From Craspedostauros australis (Eukaryota), in assembly GCA_030167865.1 (NCBI GenBank), contig JALAGF010004044.1, forward strand, positions 1 to 32,568: a stretch of DNA of 32,568 nucleotides. The letters are read 5' to 3'. Under the pieces are notes generated by a model, which worked only from the letters and a program-made list of their open reading frames with translations, ran no database searches and was not told the origin of the DNA. Positions 1 to 13,937 of the stretch are shown piece after piece. How positions within the stretch are numbered: the stretch's first letter is position 1; the number at the start of each line of letters is the position of its first letter. A program made the translations under genes and the position numbers.

Positions 1-2
1 GC

Positions 3-3000
3 GAAGACGGGAGTTGCGACGCATCCGTCACTTCCTCAATGGTGCAACAGGCTCAGGCTCCACAAATCTCATCCACGGAGACATCATGGAACCGCTTCCA
101 GTACACATTCACTCAATTCTTGTCCCTCATCTCCTCCAAGAATCATCCTGTGGTGATGGTATTGGATGATCTGCAATGGGCTTCCCAAGAATGCATGGAT
201 CTCATGTCCACCACCATGCATCAACCTCACTTTCTGTGGATTGGCACGATCCGGCAAGACACCAATCCGCACTCTCCCAACGAGCTGATGGAGTTCAATG
301 GAGATCTCCCCCTCATGCAGGTCCTGAACGAATTGCAACAACAATGCACGGAATCACCCTCCAATCCGGCAAAGACGCCCTACATCGACATCCATCTGCA
401 AGATTTCAGTAAGCAGGAGCTGCACGAGTGGGTGTCGCAATTGTTCGACCAGGACGATGACGTTGTGGATGAGGTGGCCGAGCTGTTTCATAAGCAGACT
501 GAGGGAAACATCTTCCACACCATCCAGCTTCTGCAAGACATGGAGCGCACGAAGGCCTTGACGTACAGCCGGATCACGTTCCAGTGGGAGCTCGATTCTT
601 CCCTGCTCAGTTCCAACCAGAGCGACCAAAACAACAGTGGCGGTGGTGATGGCAACGATGCAATGGGTGGTAGCAGTCATGCGGCAGCAAACAACGTGAT
701 CCAACTCATTTCATCTAAACTGCGATCTCTGCCTGCTCCGTTGCAGAAGGCCCTCATACTGGCATCGTACATTCGATCCTCGTTCGAGCTTGATACTCTG
801 CAGGCGGTCTGGGACTACGAAAAGCAGAACAACCCCACAGGAAGTGACATTCTTCCCACTCCTCCGCCTCACAGTAGCACAAGTACAACCGACAACGGTC
901 CAGGCAAAACCAACGAGGCGAAAACTGATAGGCCACTTGCAGAGTGGTTGGAACAGGCTGTTCTGGAGGGCCTCCTCGCAAACTCCATCGGCGGTGCAAG
1001 CTATCGCTTTGCGCATGACCGCATCCAACAGGCTGCGCGCAATCTTGTGCCGTTCGGAGAGGTTCGCACCAAGCTTCGCCTACGGATTGGCCAGTGCTTG
1101 TGGGATCTTTGCACACGCAGCGCCGAAGCGAACATCGCCGGTGATCGAGGCAGTGACAGCAGCGTGTTCTTCATCGCGGCTGATCATCTCAACTGCACCC
1201 CAACCAAGGACCACCTTGCAGCGACTCGACGGAATCTTCAGGTCGGCGAGTACGCGCTCCAGATCGCCGCATTGGTCCCTGCTGCAACGTATCTCCAACT
1301 CGCAAGCACTGCATTGCGGAAGGTGAGAGGTGACCCATGGCAGGATCAGTACGACTTGATGATTCGATTGGTGCGCGCTCGGTGCGACATCGAACTCACG
1401 CTGAATCGATTCGACTTGGGATATTCGTTGGGGAACGAGGTACTGGATCATGCTCGATCCATTCACGACAAGCTGCCTACGTATGGTGCGATGGCCAATG
1501 CTCTTGGCAAACAAAATGAGCACACAAAAGGCTTGCAGTTGGCTCAACAAGGTGCCCAAATGTGTGGCGACCATCCCAAGCGATGGTTTGTGTTGCATGC
1601 TGTTCCGCAGCTTCTTTCGACTCAAGCCTACTTGAAGAAGACGACCACGGAAGAGTTTTTGTACCAGAACCCCATCACAACAAATCCACAAACACTGATG
1701 TCAATGAATCTATTGCGTCAGATCACCATCCGAGCATTCTCGATCGGAGACATGCTGTCGTGGATATTGGCCACCATGCGCATGATCCAAATCACGAGGA
1801 GGTGTGGTAGCTCTGAGTATTCCGCTTTTGCTCTGAGTGGCTTTGCCATAGTCTTGGCAAGCATGGGCGATTTTGAGAATGCTCGCAAGCTGTCCGAGCT
1901 TGCAAAGGATGTGATACATAGGGTGGGTAGTGGCACGAAGGCGGAGGGATGGATATACTACACTGCGGTCATGATCGTCGATCCATACTTCAAGCCCCTG
2001 GATCAGCTGAGGCAAGATTTCCAGCATGCGTACAAGTCGGCGATGGCAGTTGGTGACATCGAGCTAAGCGTGCTCGTCCAGAATAGCAACATCACCTCCT
2101 TCTTCTTCGGCGGGCGCCCTCTCACAGAAGTGATCCCAGCCGTAAGCTCTCTCCTCGAGCACATCAAGGTATACAAAACAGACGCGCGCAGAGATACGGT
2201 CAATGAACTGACAAATACCGTCCAATACATGCGAGGCACCCTCCAGCTGGACTGGGAGGCATCTATGGATTTTGGCACTTACGATTATCCCGATCTACAC
2301 GATAGGTCTCTTGCCTATTGGTGCAGGCTCCACATCGCAGTGTACTTCGGAAAGTTGGACCATGCGGAGAAGATGGACCATCTACTGATGACCAATGGCG
2401 CTGACGACGAAAGTTTTGACCGCTTCACGTCGGTCGCCGTCCTCAATGGGATCGTAGCCTCTCACCGATACCGACAATCGAAGAAGCGCAAGTACTTGAA
2501 GATCCTGCGACAGCGAAAGCGGCAGCTGAAATACATCTGCGATAACAGAGGAAAGTGCGCGCTCCACCGATACTTGATTCTTCGCGCTGAATCGAAAGCA
2601 ATCAAGGTCGGAAGCACCAAGCCCGCCCTCGTGGAATCCTGCTACGACGACGCCATCAATCAAGCACGACAAGGAGACCACCTCCATGAAGCAGGCCTCG
2701 CGTGCGAGCTGGCAGGCAAGCAGATACTGAGGAGCGGCAACCAAGAGGATCCTCGTCTGCGCAGCTATTTTACAGAGGCATTGTGTTTCTACGAGAGGTG
2801 GGGCGCTATCCCCAAATGCAAGATGTTCCGTGAGGCGTACGGCGACTACATCGATGAAGATCGCGTGCGCGAGACGAAGATACAAAGTAGCCTCGCGAAT
2901 CAAGTCAAATCGCTTGCCTTCTCACAAGGGCGTCACGGACAGGCGAGCACCAACCATGACTTGATGTCGGAAGGAACACAAAGCCATGCGCCAGCCCATT

Positions 3001-3149
3001 CTGTTTCCGACGTGGCGTCGATGGGGAAGGCGGGCGATTCTCGAACAGTTAAGTCGTCCAAGGATGGTAAAATGGGCAGCAAAGGCGACATGGAACATGT
3101 CGTGAACGATGGTTGTTTGATATTGACAGATATTCGTACGGACCAGTAA
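3..3149 (+). CDS. STAND-class/AAA_16 'predicted ATPase' (COG3899-like) with winged-helix and TPR-like helical C-terminal region; 5' end lies upstream of the window
   Basis: The frame is open from nt 3, with no stop before the ATG at 39. Motifs: Walker B VMVLDDLQWAS; GxP-like TEGNIFH (usually GNPFF); YRFAHDRIQQAA; terminal YERWGAIPK. All are typical of the ATPase and helical region of bacterial kinase/ATPase/histidine-kinase multidomain proteins. No Walker A lies inside the window, so the gene is partial. Confidence 0.85.
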   Translation, partial: EDGSCDASVTSSMVQQAQAPQISSTETSWNRFQYTFTQFLSLISSKNHPVVMVLDDLQWASQECMDLMSTTMHQPHFLWIGTIRQDTNPHSPNELMEFNGDLPLMQVLNELQQQCTESPSNPAKTPYIDIHLQDFSKQELHEWVSQLFDQDDDVVDEVAELFHKQTEGNIFHTIQLLQDMERTKALTYSRITFQWELDSSLLSSNQSDQNNSGGGDGNDAMGGSSHAAANNVIQLISSKLRSLPAPLQKALILASYIRSSFELDTLQAVWDYEKQNNPTGSDILPTPPPHSSTSTTDNGPGKTNEAKTDRPLAEWLEQAVLEGLLANSIGGASYRFAHDRIQQAARNLVPFGEVRTKLRLRIGQCLWDLCTRSAEANIAGDRGSDSSVFFIAADHLNCTPTKDHLAATRRNLQVGEYALQIAALVPAATYLQLASTALRKVRGDPWQDQYDLMIRLVRARCDIELTLNRFDLGYSLGNEVLDHARSIHDKLPTYGAMANALGKQNEHTKGLQLAQQGAQMCGDHPKRWFVLHAVPQLLSTQAYLKKTTTEEFLYQNPITTNPQTLMSMNLLRQITIRAFSIGDMLSWILATMRMIQITRRCGSSEYSAFALSGFAIVLASMGDFENARKLSELAKDVIHRVGSGTKAEGWIYYTAVMIVDPYFKPLDQLRQDFQHAYKSAMAVGDIELSVLVQNSNITSFFFGGRPLTEVIPAVSSLLEHIKVYKTDARRDTVNELTNTVQYMRGTLQLDWEASMDFGTYDYPDLHDRSLAYWCRLHIAVYFGKLDHAEKMDHLLMTNGADDESFDRFTSVAVLNGIVASHRYRQSKKRKYLKILRQRKRQLKYICDNRGKCALHRYLILRAESKAIKVGSTKPALVESCYDDAINQARQGDHLHEAGLACELAGKQILRSGNQEDPRLRSYFTEALCFYERWGAIPKCKMFREAYGDYIDEDRVRETKIQSSLANQVKSLAFSQGRHGQASTNHDLMSEGTQSHAPAHSVSDVASMGKAGDSRTVKSSKDGKMGSKGDMEHVVNDGCLILTDIRTDQ

Positions 3150-3674
3150 ATTGGAGACGGATAGAAGAATGTATCATAAATGTACAATGCGTGTGCGGTA
3201 GCTGCGAAAGTTATATCAGGTCAACAACCGTTCCAGAATACTCTGACCATAAGCGCTATACACACTCCAGCATCGACAACGATTGGCAAGGCAGTGCAGC
3301 TTGCGGACGTTGCAGTGCTCTATCCTTCCTCGTAGTTGCTGGTCGTGTGCCGCGCATCATGACTTTCCTTTGCGTCTGAATGGCATGATGCAGACGCAGA
3401 AGTATCGCGCTCACGTATCCGCTTCATTTTCCATTCTTGACCAATGCCCGAGGTCCTGTATCCGTTCGCTGTAGTTGTTGGACTGCCGTCGCAGTAGACA
3501 GCAGCGGCTGCGGGATGAGTGTGCTGTTCGTCGCTGAGGTCTCGATTACGGTTCGGTATTGTGTGCCGACAGCGCTTGATGCGCTCCTCCTGGATTTGAT
3601 TCCGTCGCAGATTGATGATTCGGCCATCATGGATTGCATCGCTGTGTATGCTCAGGATGGCAACCTACGGCTGA

Positions 3675-4973
<1,299 letters not shown>

Positions 4974-5670
4974 TTCAAGAACTGGAGAGAGGGAGAGGGC
5001 GAGATACAGAGGCAATGGCAGGGGCAGGGGCAGGCCGAGATATGATTCACAACGGAAGAAGAAAAGGCAACGTCGAGCGACTTCTCTCGCGCTCCTATCC
5101 ACGCCAGCGTGCAGGTGAAGGGGGCATAGGGTTCAATGGAGAAATCTGGAGCCCACGCATGTTGTTTGCTTCGATGCAACTGTCTGGCACATGTGAGGGA
5201 GTGCATACAATAAATGTTTGCCGCTCAATGTAGCCCACCTACTCGTCAACAGGTTCGAGTAATGTGCAGCAATTGCGACATGGTTTGCTTGTTTGAAGAA
5301 AGATCTTACAAGAATAATAACTGATAGACGGTACCGAAAACTATTGTTGGAATTCAAGAAAGTGTTCTTCGCTCCAACGATACAAGTAGAGTGGTATCAA
5401 GACGTCACTCAAGCAATCAACAAATCCATCAACCGCGCGATGCGCACTTCACGATCTTCCAACCACATGATCACCTTTGCCGTCCCAAGGGGGAAGACCT
5501 TGCGCCAACATCGACATCACCATCAACCAGTGCGCTTGACATCGGTGACATCATCAAGATCATAACGGCATCGTCCTGTCGATTCACTCTTCATCCACAT
5601 TGCACTCGTGCCATACTCGTACAACATCAACGTCAATACTCGCATCAACCACCAGACAAAGAAACAAGCG

Positions 5671-7386
5671 ATGGCGGCAGATTCCCTTTCACAGCTGCGA
5701 CGCAACGCCGTCGTAATGGCGATGGCAGTGACGTGCTTGCTGCAGGTGTCAGCATTCCATCACATCAGCATCCCAGCACCGACGGGCAGTCGCAGGTCTG
5801 TTGGCACACCGCCCCGATCATATTCCTCTGCTACCACTCGCCAGCATGGCCGATCAACCCAACTGTTCAATGGATACCAACCGCCGATCGAACAAAAGAT
5901 CGTACCAAAGACACGCAAGCCGCTGCTGCCCAAAATTGGAGACGTCGTGCGTTGTTACGATCTGGACGGTGGAAAGGCCGATGGCGAGGTCATCGTCGGG
6001 AAGATCTCCTTCATCTCGTCCTCCTCCAAGAAGCAATGGATCGCGGACATCACGGAGCTCGAGGACGTCGGGGACGGATACTTCGCAGAGTACTCATCGC
6101 GCAAGCGCCTGTCCAAGAAGGTCGAGCGATCCCTGCGCGACATCAGCCCCATCTCTGCGAGCTTCGTGCGCAGCGAGAATGCCTACAAGGTCCCCTTCAA
6201 CGGCGTGCAACCTGCCGTGCGGCAAGAGCAGTACGATCTCGACGACTACGAAGGTCCCATCCTTTCCATGGAATCCGTCGATCAGTCCGTCGTCGCGCGC
6301 GATGCCGAAACCTACTCCACCCTCAAGGGCAACCTCTTCAAGTACTCCTTCCTGACGGGTCTCGCCGGCACCGTCGTCACGGAGTTTGTGAAAGGCACGG
6401 AGGACGCCATCATCTACGCGGCGGGCGTGGCGGCAAGCTTGGGATACCTCTACTTCCTCTCCGTCAAGACGGACACCATCGCCAGTCCGGAGCGCAAGCT
6501 CGGAAGCCGGGTCGCCAATCTGCGGTTCCTCATGCCGCTGCTCGTTCTGACCGGCATCGCTGGGTTCAATGCCGTGCAAGGCCGCTCCATTTCTACCAGC
6601 AGCGACAATCCGTTCCAATTGGTCACGTCCGAACAGTACGCCGCCGCCATCATCGGTTTCCTGACCTACCGCATTCCCCTCTTCCTCAATCAGCTGCAAG
6701 AATTTCTGAAGGAAGATGCCTCCAGCGACGATGAAATGAATGTCCCGGTGGGAAGCTTGGGCGTTGCCATGCGATTGGCATCGCAAGATGGCGATGATGC
6801 GCAGAGCGCATTGACAACGCAACCCAACATCAAACCGTTGCTGTTGGTGTCCGGCCCCAAGGCCACCAAGCGTTCGGAACTTGTCCAGCGTCTCATTCAG
6901 CAGCAGGCCAGTGAGGACGTGGTGTACACGGCGCCGGCCACGATCGATCGCATGCAAGATGAAGCGACGTACGAGCGCTTGGAGAAGCGCAATGAGATCA
7001 TCGTGTCGGACGAACGATTCGCGATCTCCAAGGAGTCCATTCTCAAATCCATCCTGGACACGACTTCGGACAAGAACACTATCACGGTGCTCGATGCCGA
7101 CGTCGATACGGCCAAGTTGATTGCCGATCAGCTGCCGCGAAACTACGTCATCGGCGTGTGGGTTGGTCTCAAGAGCTTGAAGGAATACGAACAGAATCTG
7201 CCGCCGCGCAGCGACGACGATGAGGACAGCGAGGAGAACTCCGTGCGTGGGCAGTTGAAGCAGGTTGTGAACGACATTGAATACGGCATCTCATCAGGGC
7301 AGTTCGATTTCACAATATTGAGCGATGATATGGAAGTGGCATCGAAGGAGTTGCGGGAAGCTGCGGCGTACTGCTTGAAGGAATGA
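5671..7386 (+). CDS. Probably plastid-targeted protein: N-terminal beta-rich domain + AtpI/CGL160-like 4-TM domain + degenerate guanylate kinase-like domain
   Basis: The ATG at 5671 is followed by a signal peptide ending QVSA-FH and a Ser/Thr/Arg-rich transit peptide. About 6313-6690 reads YSTLK..SLGYLYFL..RFLMPLLVL..IIGFLTYRI, matching the AtpI/CGL160 pattern (Y-x-x-L, RLLVP, GFFTYK). About 6832-7370 reads LLVSGPKATKRSELVQRL / FAISKESI / VLDADV / FDFTILSDDMEVASKEL, in guanylate-kinase motif order. Confidence 0.75.
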   Translation: MAADSLSQLRRNAVVMAMAVTCLLQVSAFHHISIPAPTGSRRSVGTPPRSYSSATTRQHGRSTQLFNGYQPPIEQKIVPKTRKPLLPKIGDVVRCYDLDGGKADGEVIVGKISFISSSSKKQWIADITELEDVGDGYFAEYSSRKRLSKKVERSLRDISPISASFVRSENAYKVPFNGVQPAVRQEQYDLDDYEGPILSMESVDQSVVARDAETYSTLKGNLFKYSFLTGLAGTVVTEFVKGTEDAIIYAAGVAASLGYLYFLSVKTDTIASPERKLGSRVANLRFLMPLLVLTGIAGFNAVQGRSISTSSDNPFQLVTSEQYAAAIIGFLTYRIPLFLNQLQEFLKEDASSDDEMNVPVGSLGVAMRLASQDGDDAQSALTTQPNIKPLLLVSGPKATKRSELVQRLIQQQASEDVVYTAPATIDRMQDEATYERLEKRNEIIVSDERFAISKESILKSILDTTSDKNTITVLDADVDTAKLIADQLPRNYVIGVWVGLKSLKEYEQNLPPRSDDDEDSEENSVRGQLKQVVNDIEYGISSGQFDFTILSDDMEVASKELREAAAYCLKE

Positions 7387-7683
7387 AGAGGGATCGACAA
7401 TAATCTGTTGGATTCAAAATACTCTGAAACAAGCATACAGGTAGAGTAATGCACTCCTCGTATTGTTGGTACGCAGCAAAAGCGGGTGGAGAGGATTAGA
7501 GTTCCTGCCATGCATCTTGTCTGCGACGAGATCGATTCGATTGCTTTGTATTGACCGTACTCTGTACGAGTGTACAACTTCTACGTTCCATTCTGTGCGG
7601 CAAGATTGTGGAAGCGGTACTGCAACAAAGTGCCACACGACATATTAGTACGAACGTAGCAGCTACTATTTGAGGCCTCACGA

Positions 7684-9711
7684 TTAGTACGACACCATCC
7701 TGGTCCCGATCGTGTTGGGGAATCTCTCCGCGAGTTTGGCCTCCTCGTGGCCATCCTCCGAAGACATGACCAGCGATTTGTACTCCTCCCACTCCTCGTC
7801 ATTCAACAAGCACTGATCCAACGTCTTGCAGATCAGGTCTTGAGACTTGGCATCCGCCAACGTCTTGCCGATGAAAACAATCTCCTGTCGTCGATCGCCG
7901 ACTGACACGTTCAGATCGGTGGAGGTGGTGGTGCTGTCATCAAAATCAGACAGCACGTAGTCCACGGCATCCTCCGGCCACTGATTCCGCGGCAGCGTCA
8001 CCCACCAACGTCCCAGACTGTTCATCTCGTAGGTCTTGCCAGCATGGCTCCAGTACAATGCGGTGGATGCCGAATTGGCGCACCAAGCAAAGCCCTTGCT
8101 GCGGAGGACGCAAGCCATGGTATCTTGGACGGTCTGCGAAATGTCGAGCTCCGTTGCTGCCGTCGCTGCTTGGGTGGGAGCGCCCACCTTGATGGGCATG
8201 CTTCGCAAGAAGGAGACCAACCGATCCGGATGGAACGGTCGTCGCGCTGTGTACACGAAGGACCCGATGCCGAGCTGGTCGGTTGATGTGCTGTGGGAAT
8301 GGCTGTGAGAATGGTCGTGCGAATCATCGGTGCAGTTGGGATCGACGCAGGCATCACCGGCAGCGTTGCTGGAATGACTGTGCGAATGGGCGTGAGAGTG
8401 ATCATGCGAGTCATCGCTGCACTCGGGATCCACGCAGTCTTCCGCAGGGGAATGAGCATGGCTGTGGGAATGATCATGCGATGTGTCTGTGTGTTCCGGA
8501 TCCTCGCAAGCTTCCTCAGGTGTGCTTGCTGCATGTCCATGCGAATGATCATGACTGGACGATGATGGTGTGGCGGCGGCGATCGTCGTTGGCGCAGCCG
8601 CCACGAAATCTCTGTGATCATCGACAACTCCCGCCTGCACGACGCCTCTGCCCTTGGCAACACCGAGAACGGATTTGAGCGGTACATCTCCAAAGGACGT
8701 GATGAAGGTCTTGGCGCGTGGATTGATGGCGGTGGTGATTTGTTGGACGGTCTCCAGTTCCCCCGGCTCCACCAAGTCCACCTTGTTGATGATGATCAAA
8801 TCCGCCGTCTCCGTTTGGCTGATTAGCAGCTCTGCCACAGGATCGCCCTCATCGTCCGTCGCGCCATTCTTCATCCCCGTCATGACGGCCGACAGCAGCG
8901 CGGGTGGCATATCCTTCATCCAGTCCTCGAGAACCATCTCATCGTCGCCGTCGTCTTCGGGTTGCTCTCCGTCGCGATAAAACAGCTCCGGCGTGTCCTT
9001 GCGCGAAGTGAGCATGGAGCTTTCGAGGTGGGATTGGAAGGCGGAGCTGTCCACCAACGTGACCATGGTGTCCAGCCGGACTCGCTCCATGAGGGGCATG
9101 TCCATGAGCTCGGCCTCTTGGAATTTGGAACGGATCAGCTTGGGATCGGCCACGCCGGACATCTCCACGACGATGTGATGAAACTGCTGGCCGTCAGCCT
9201 TGAGGTCGTTGATGGTGACCAGTTCCGAGATGGAGGTGATGAGCTCGTCGGAGAGGGAGCAGCAGGCGCAGCCATTCTGCAGCTGGATCATGGCATCGCT
9301 GGCACTCTCGAAGTCCTGCCGCGCCACGAGCTTGCCGTCGATGTTGACGGAGGCGACGTCATTGACGATGACGGCGATGCGAAGGCCCTCCTTGTTTTGC
9401 AGCATGTTCTGGAGGAGGGAGGTCTTGCCGCTTCCGAGGAATCCCGACAGGATGGTGATCGGGATTGGCGCGGCGGGTGATGGCGGCGGCGCAGATGAGC
9501 CATTGGCGAGCGACATGGCGGTTCTGCTGTTCGTGCTCGTGCCGGTCTTGCCGATGGGATTGCTGATTGTGCTGCCGATGCCACCGATCGCAACGAGGGA
9601 TGAGACGTGATGGTGGTATTGGTGGGGCTGGAACGACGTCGCGGCAGCGAAGAGGCAGGGTAGGATGGATACCCAAGATCGCATGATCGCTCTCATTCGC
9701 GCCACCAGCAT
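7684..9711 (-). CDS. CobW/COG0523 (G3E) zinc-metallochaperone GTPase with His/Cys-rich linker and CobW_C domain; probable plastid presequence
   Basis: Walker A ITILSGFLGSGKTS, IAVIVND, metal-binding GCACC (CxCC), Walker B VVEMSGVADP, G4 NKVD, a His-rich tract, and CobW_C motifs SFVYTARRPFHP, LRSKGFAW, GDRRQEIVFIG. The N-terminal signal peptide ends AATS-FQP. The start could be one of the next Met codons. Confidence 0.93.
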   Translation of the reverse strand: MLVARMRAIMRSWVSILPCLFAAATSFQPHQYHHHVSSLVAIGGIGSTISNPIGKTGTSTNSRTAMSLANGSSAPPPSPAAPIPITILSGFLGSGKTSLLQNMLQNKEGLRIAVIVNDVASVNIDGKLVARQDFESASDAMIQLQNGCACCSLSDELITSISELVTINDLKADGQQFHHIVVEMSGVADPKLIRSKFQEAELMDMPLMERVRLDTMVTLVDSSAFQSHLESSMLTSRKDTPELFYRDGEQPEDDGDDEMVLEDWMKDMPPALLSAVMTGMKNGATDDEGDPVAELLISQTETADLIIINKVDLVEPGELETVQQITTAINPRAKTFITSFGDVPLKSVLGVAKGRGVVQAGVVDDHRDFVAAAPTTIAAATPSSSSHDHSHGHAASTPEEACEDPEHTDTSHDHSHSHAHSPAEDCVDPECSDDSHDHSHAHSHSHSSNAAGDACVDPNCTDDSHDHSHSHSHSTSTDQLGIGSFVYTARRPFHPDRLVSFLRSMPIKVGAPTQAATAATELDISQTVQDTMACVLRSKGFAWCANSASTALYWSHAGKTYEMNSLGRWWVTLPRNQWPEDAVDYVLSDFDDSTTTSTDLNVSVGDRRQEIVFIGKTLADAKSQDLICKTLDQCLLNDEEWEEYKSLVMSSEDGHEEAKLAERFPNTIGTRMVSY

Positions 9712-10615
9712 GTTGCTCGTATCTTTTGTCTTCTTTTGTCTGTGATTGCGTCAACTTCTGTGCACTGTTCGTATGTGTTTGGTATGAGCTATGAACTTAT
9801 GAGCTATGAGCTAGTCGCATGAGTGCTTGTGCATCTTCCTTGAGACCTGGCAGAGTGGTGAATATTTGGATTGGAGTACGAGCTATTACTACTATACGTG
9901 TAGAGTAGGCCGTATAATACGACTATGTGCTCCGCAGAGTATCTCGCGATCTTTGCTTCGTCGTTGTGGTCGATTGGATGCTCTGCGCAGGTAGTTCTGT
10001 TGATGTCTGTGTGTGTTGATGTGCCGAGCAGGCTCCAAGGCTCCAACCGCCTGGGGCGTTGTTGATGTGTTGGCGGATCCTTGATGTGTTTTCTCACGAA
10101 CGCTTCAGGCCCTTTGTTGATTGGCAGGGCGAAGTGCGTGGTTGATGCGTTGATGGATGTTGTTCGTGGAATGGGTCTCACCAGACGACGTCATCATGAC
10201 ATCAGGTCCAAACCGACTGCCCTATCCCTGATTCACCAAACGAGAAGGACTTTGGTGGTACTGAGACCAAAACGTCCGTCCTTCAGCCGTCGATCTGTCT
10301 CAGAACGCCATCGAAAACTGCGCTTCGTGTTTGGGTTGTGAAGTGGCGGCAAACCTGCGACGCGGCATCTTTTGGTTTCGTCTCGTCGCCCTGAAAACCG
10401 TTCGTTCTTCGTCATCTCTTCTTGCCGCGTCACGCTCCACCGCATCAAACAACACGCCCAACACCAAGATCGCTGGACGAAGCGGAGCAGAGCACATCAC
10501 GTCCACCACAACTGAAAAGTGACTTCGAACTGATTGCAACAGCGGCTCTCTCAAACCACACACTTTGAAAAAGAAAAGCAAGAAGCAGAAGCAGAAGCAG
10601 ACGAAGAGAAGCAAG

Positions 10616-13659
<3,044 letters not shown>

Positions 13660-13937
13660 GTTTGACAAAGCACACACACGCACAAACCGGCACTACTCGT
13701 AGCATGATTGTAGGTAACGGCATCGTACGAGTATGACCAAAGCCACAGATCCCTGTAGTCGGTAAAGAAAACACGTTTTAGAAAAAAATCATCCGGAATA
13801 ACTTGAGCATTGCGCAGAGCTGCACTGCGGATGCTGTACGTATCTGTGTTTCACTACCCAACATAATACTTGTGTACTACTGCTCGTACCAGCAAGAGAG
13901 TCCAGCATTTAAATACTAGAATGAACGCATGGCACGC

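Noticed and set aside
5391-6957. Overlapping alternative-frame ORFs (447 aa on +, 287 aa on -)
   Set aside because: Arg-rich shadow frames of a GC3-biased gene with no recognisable motifs.
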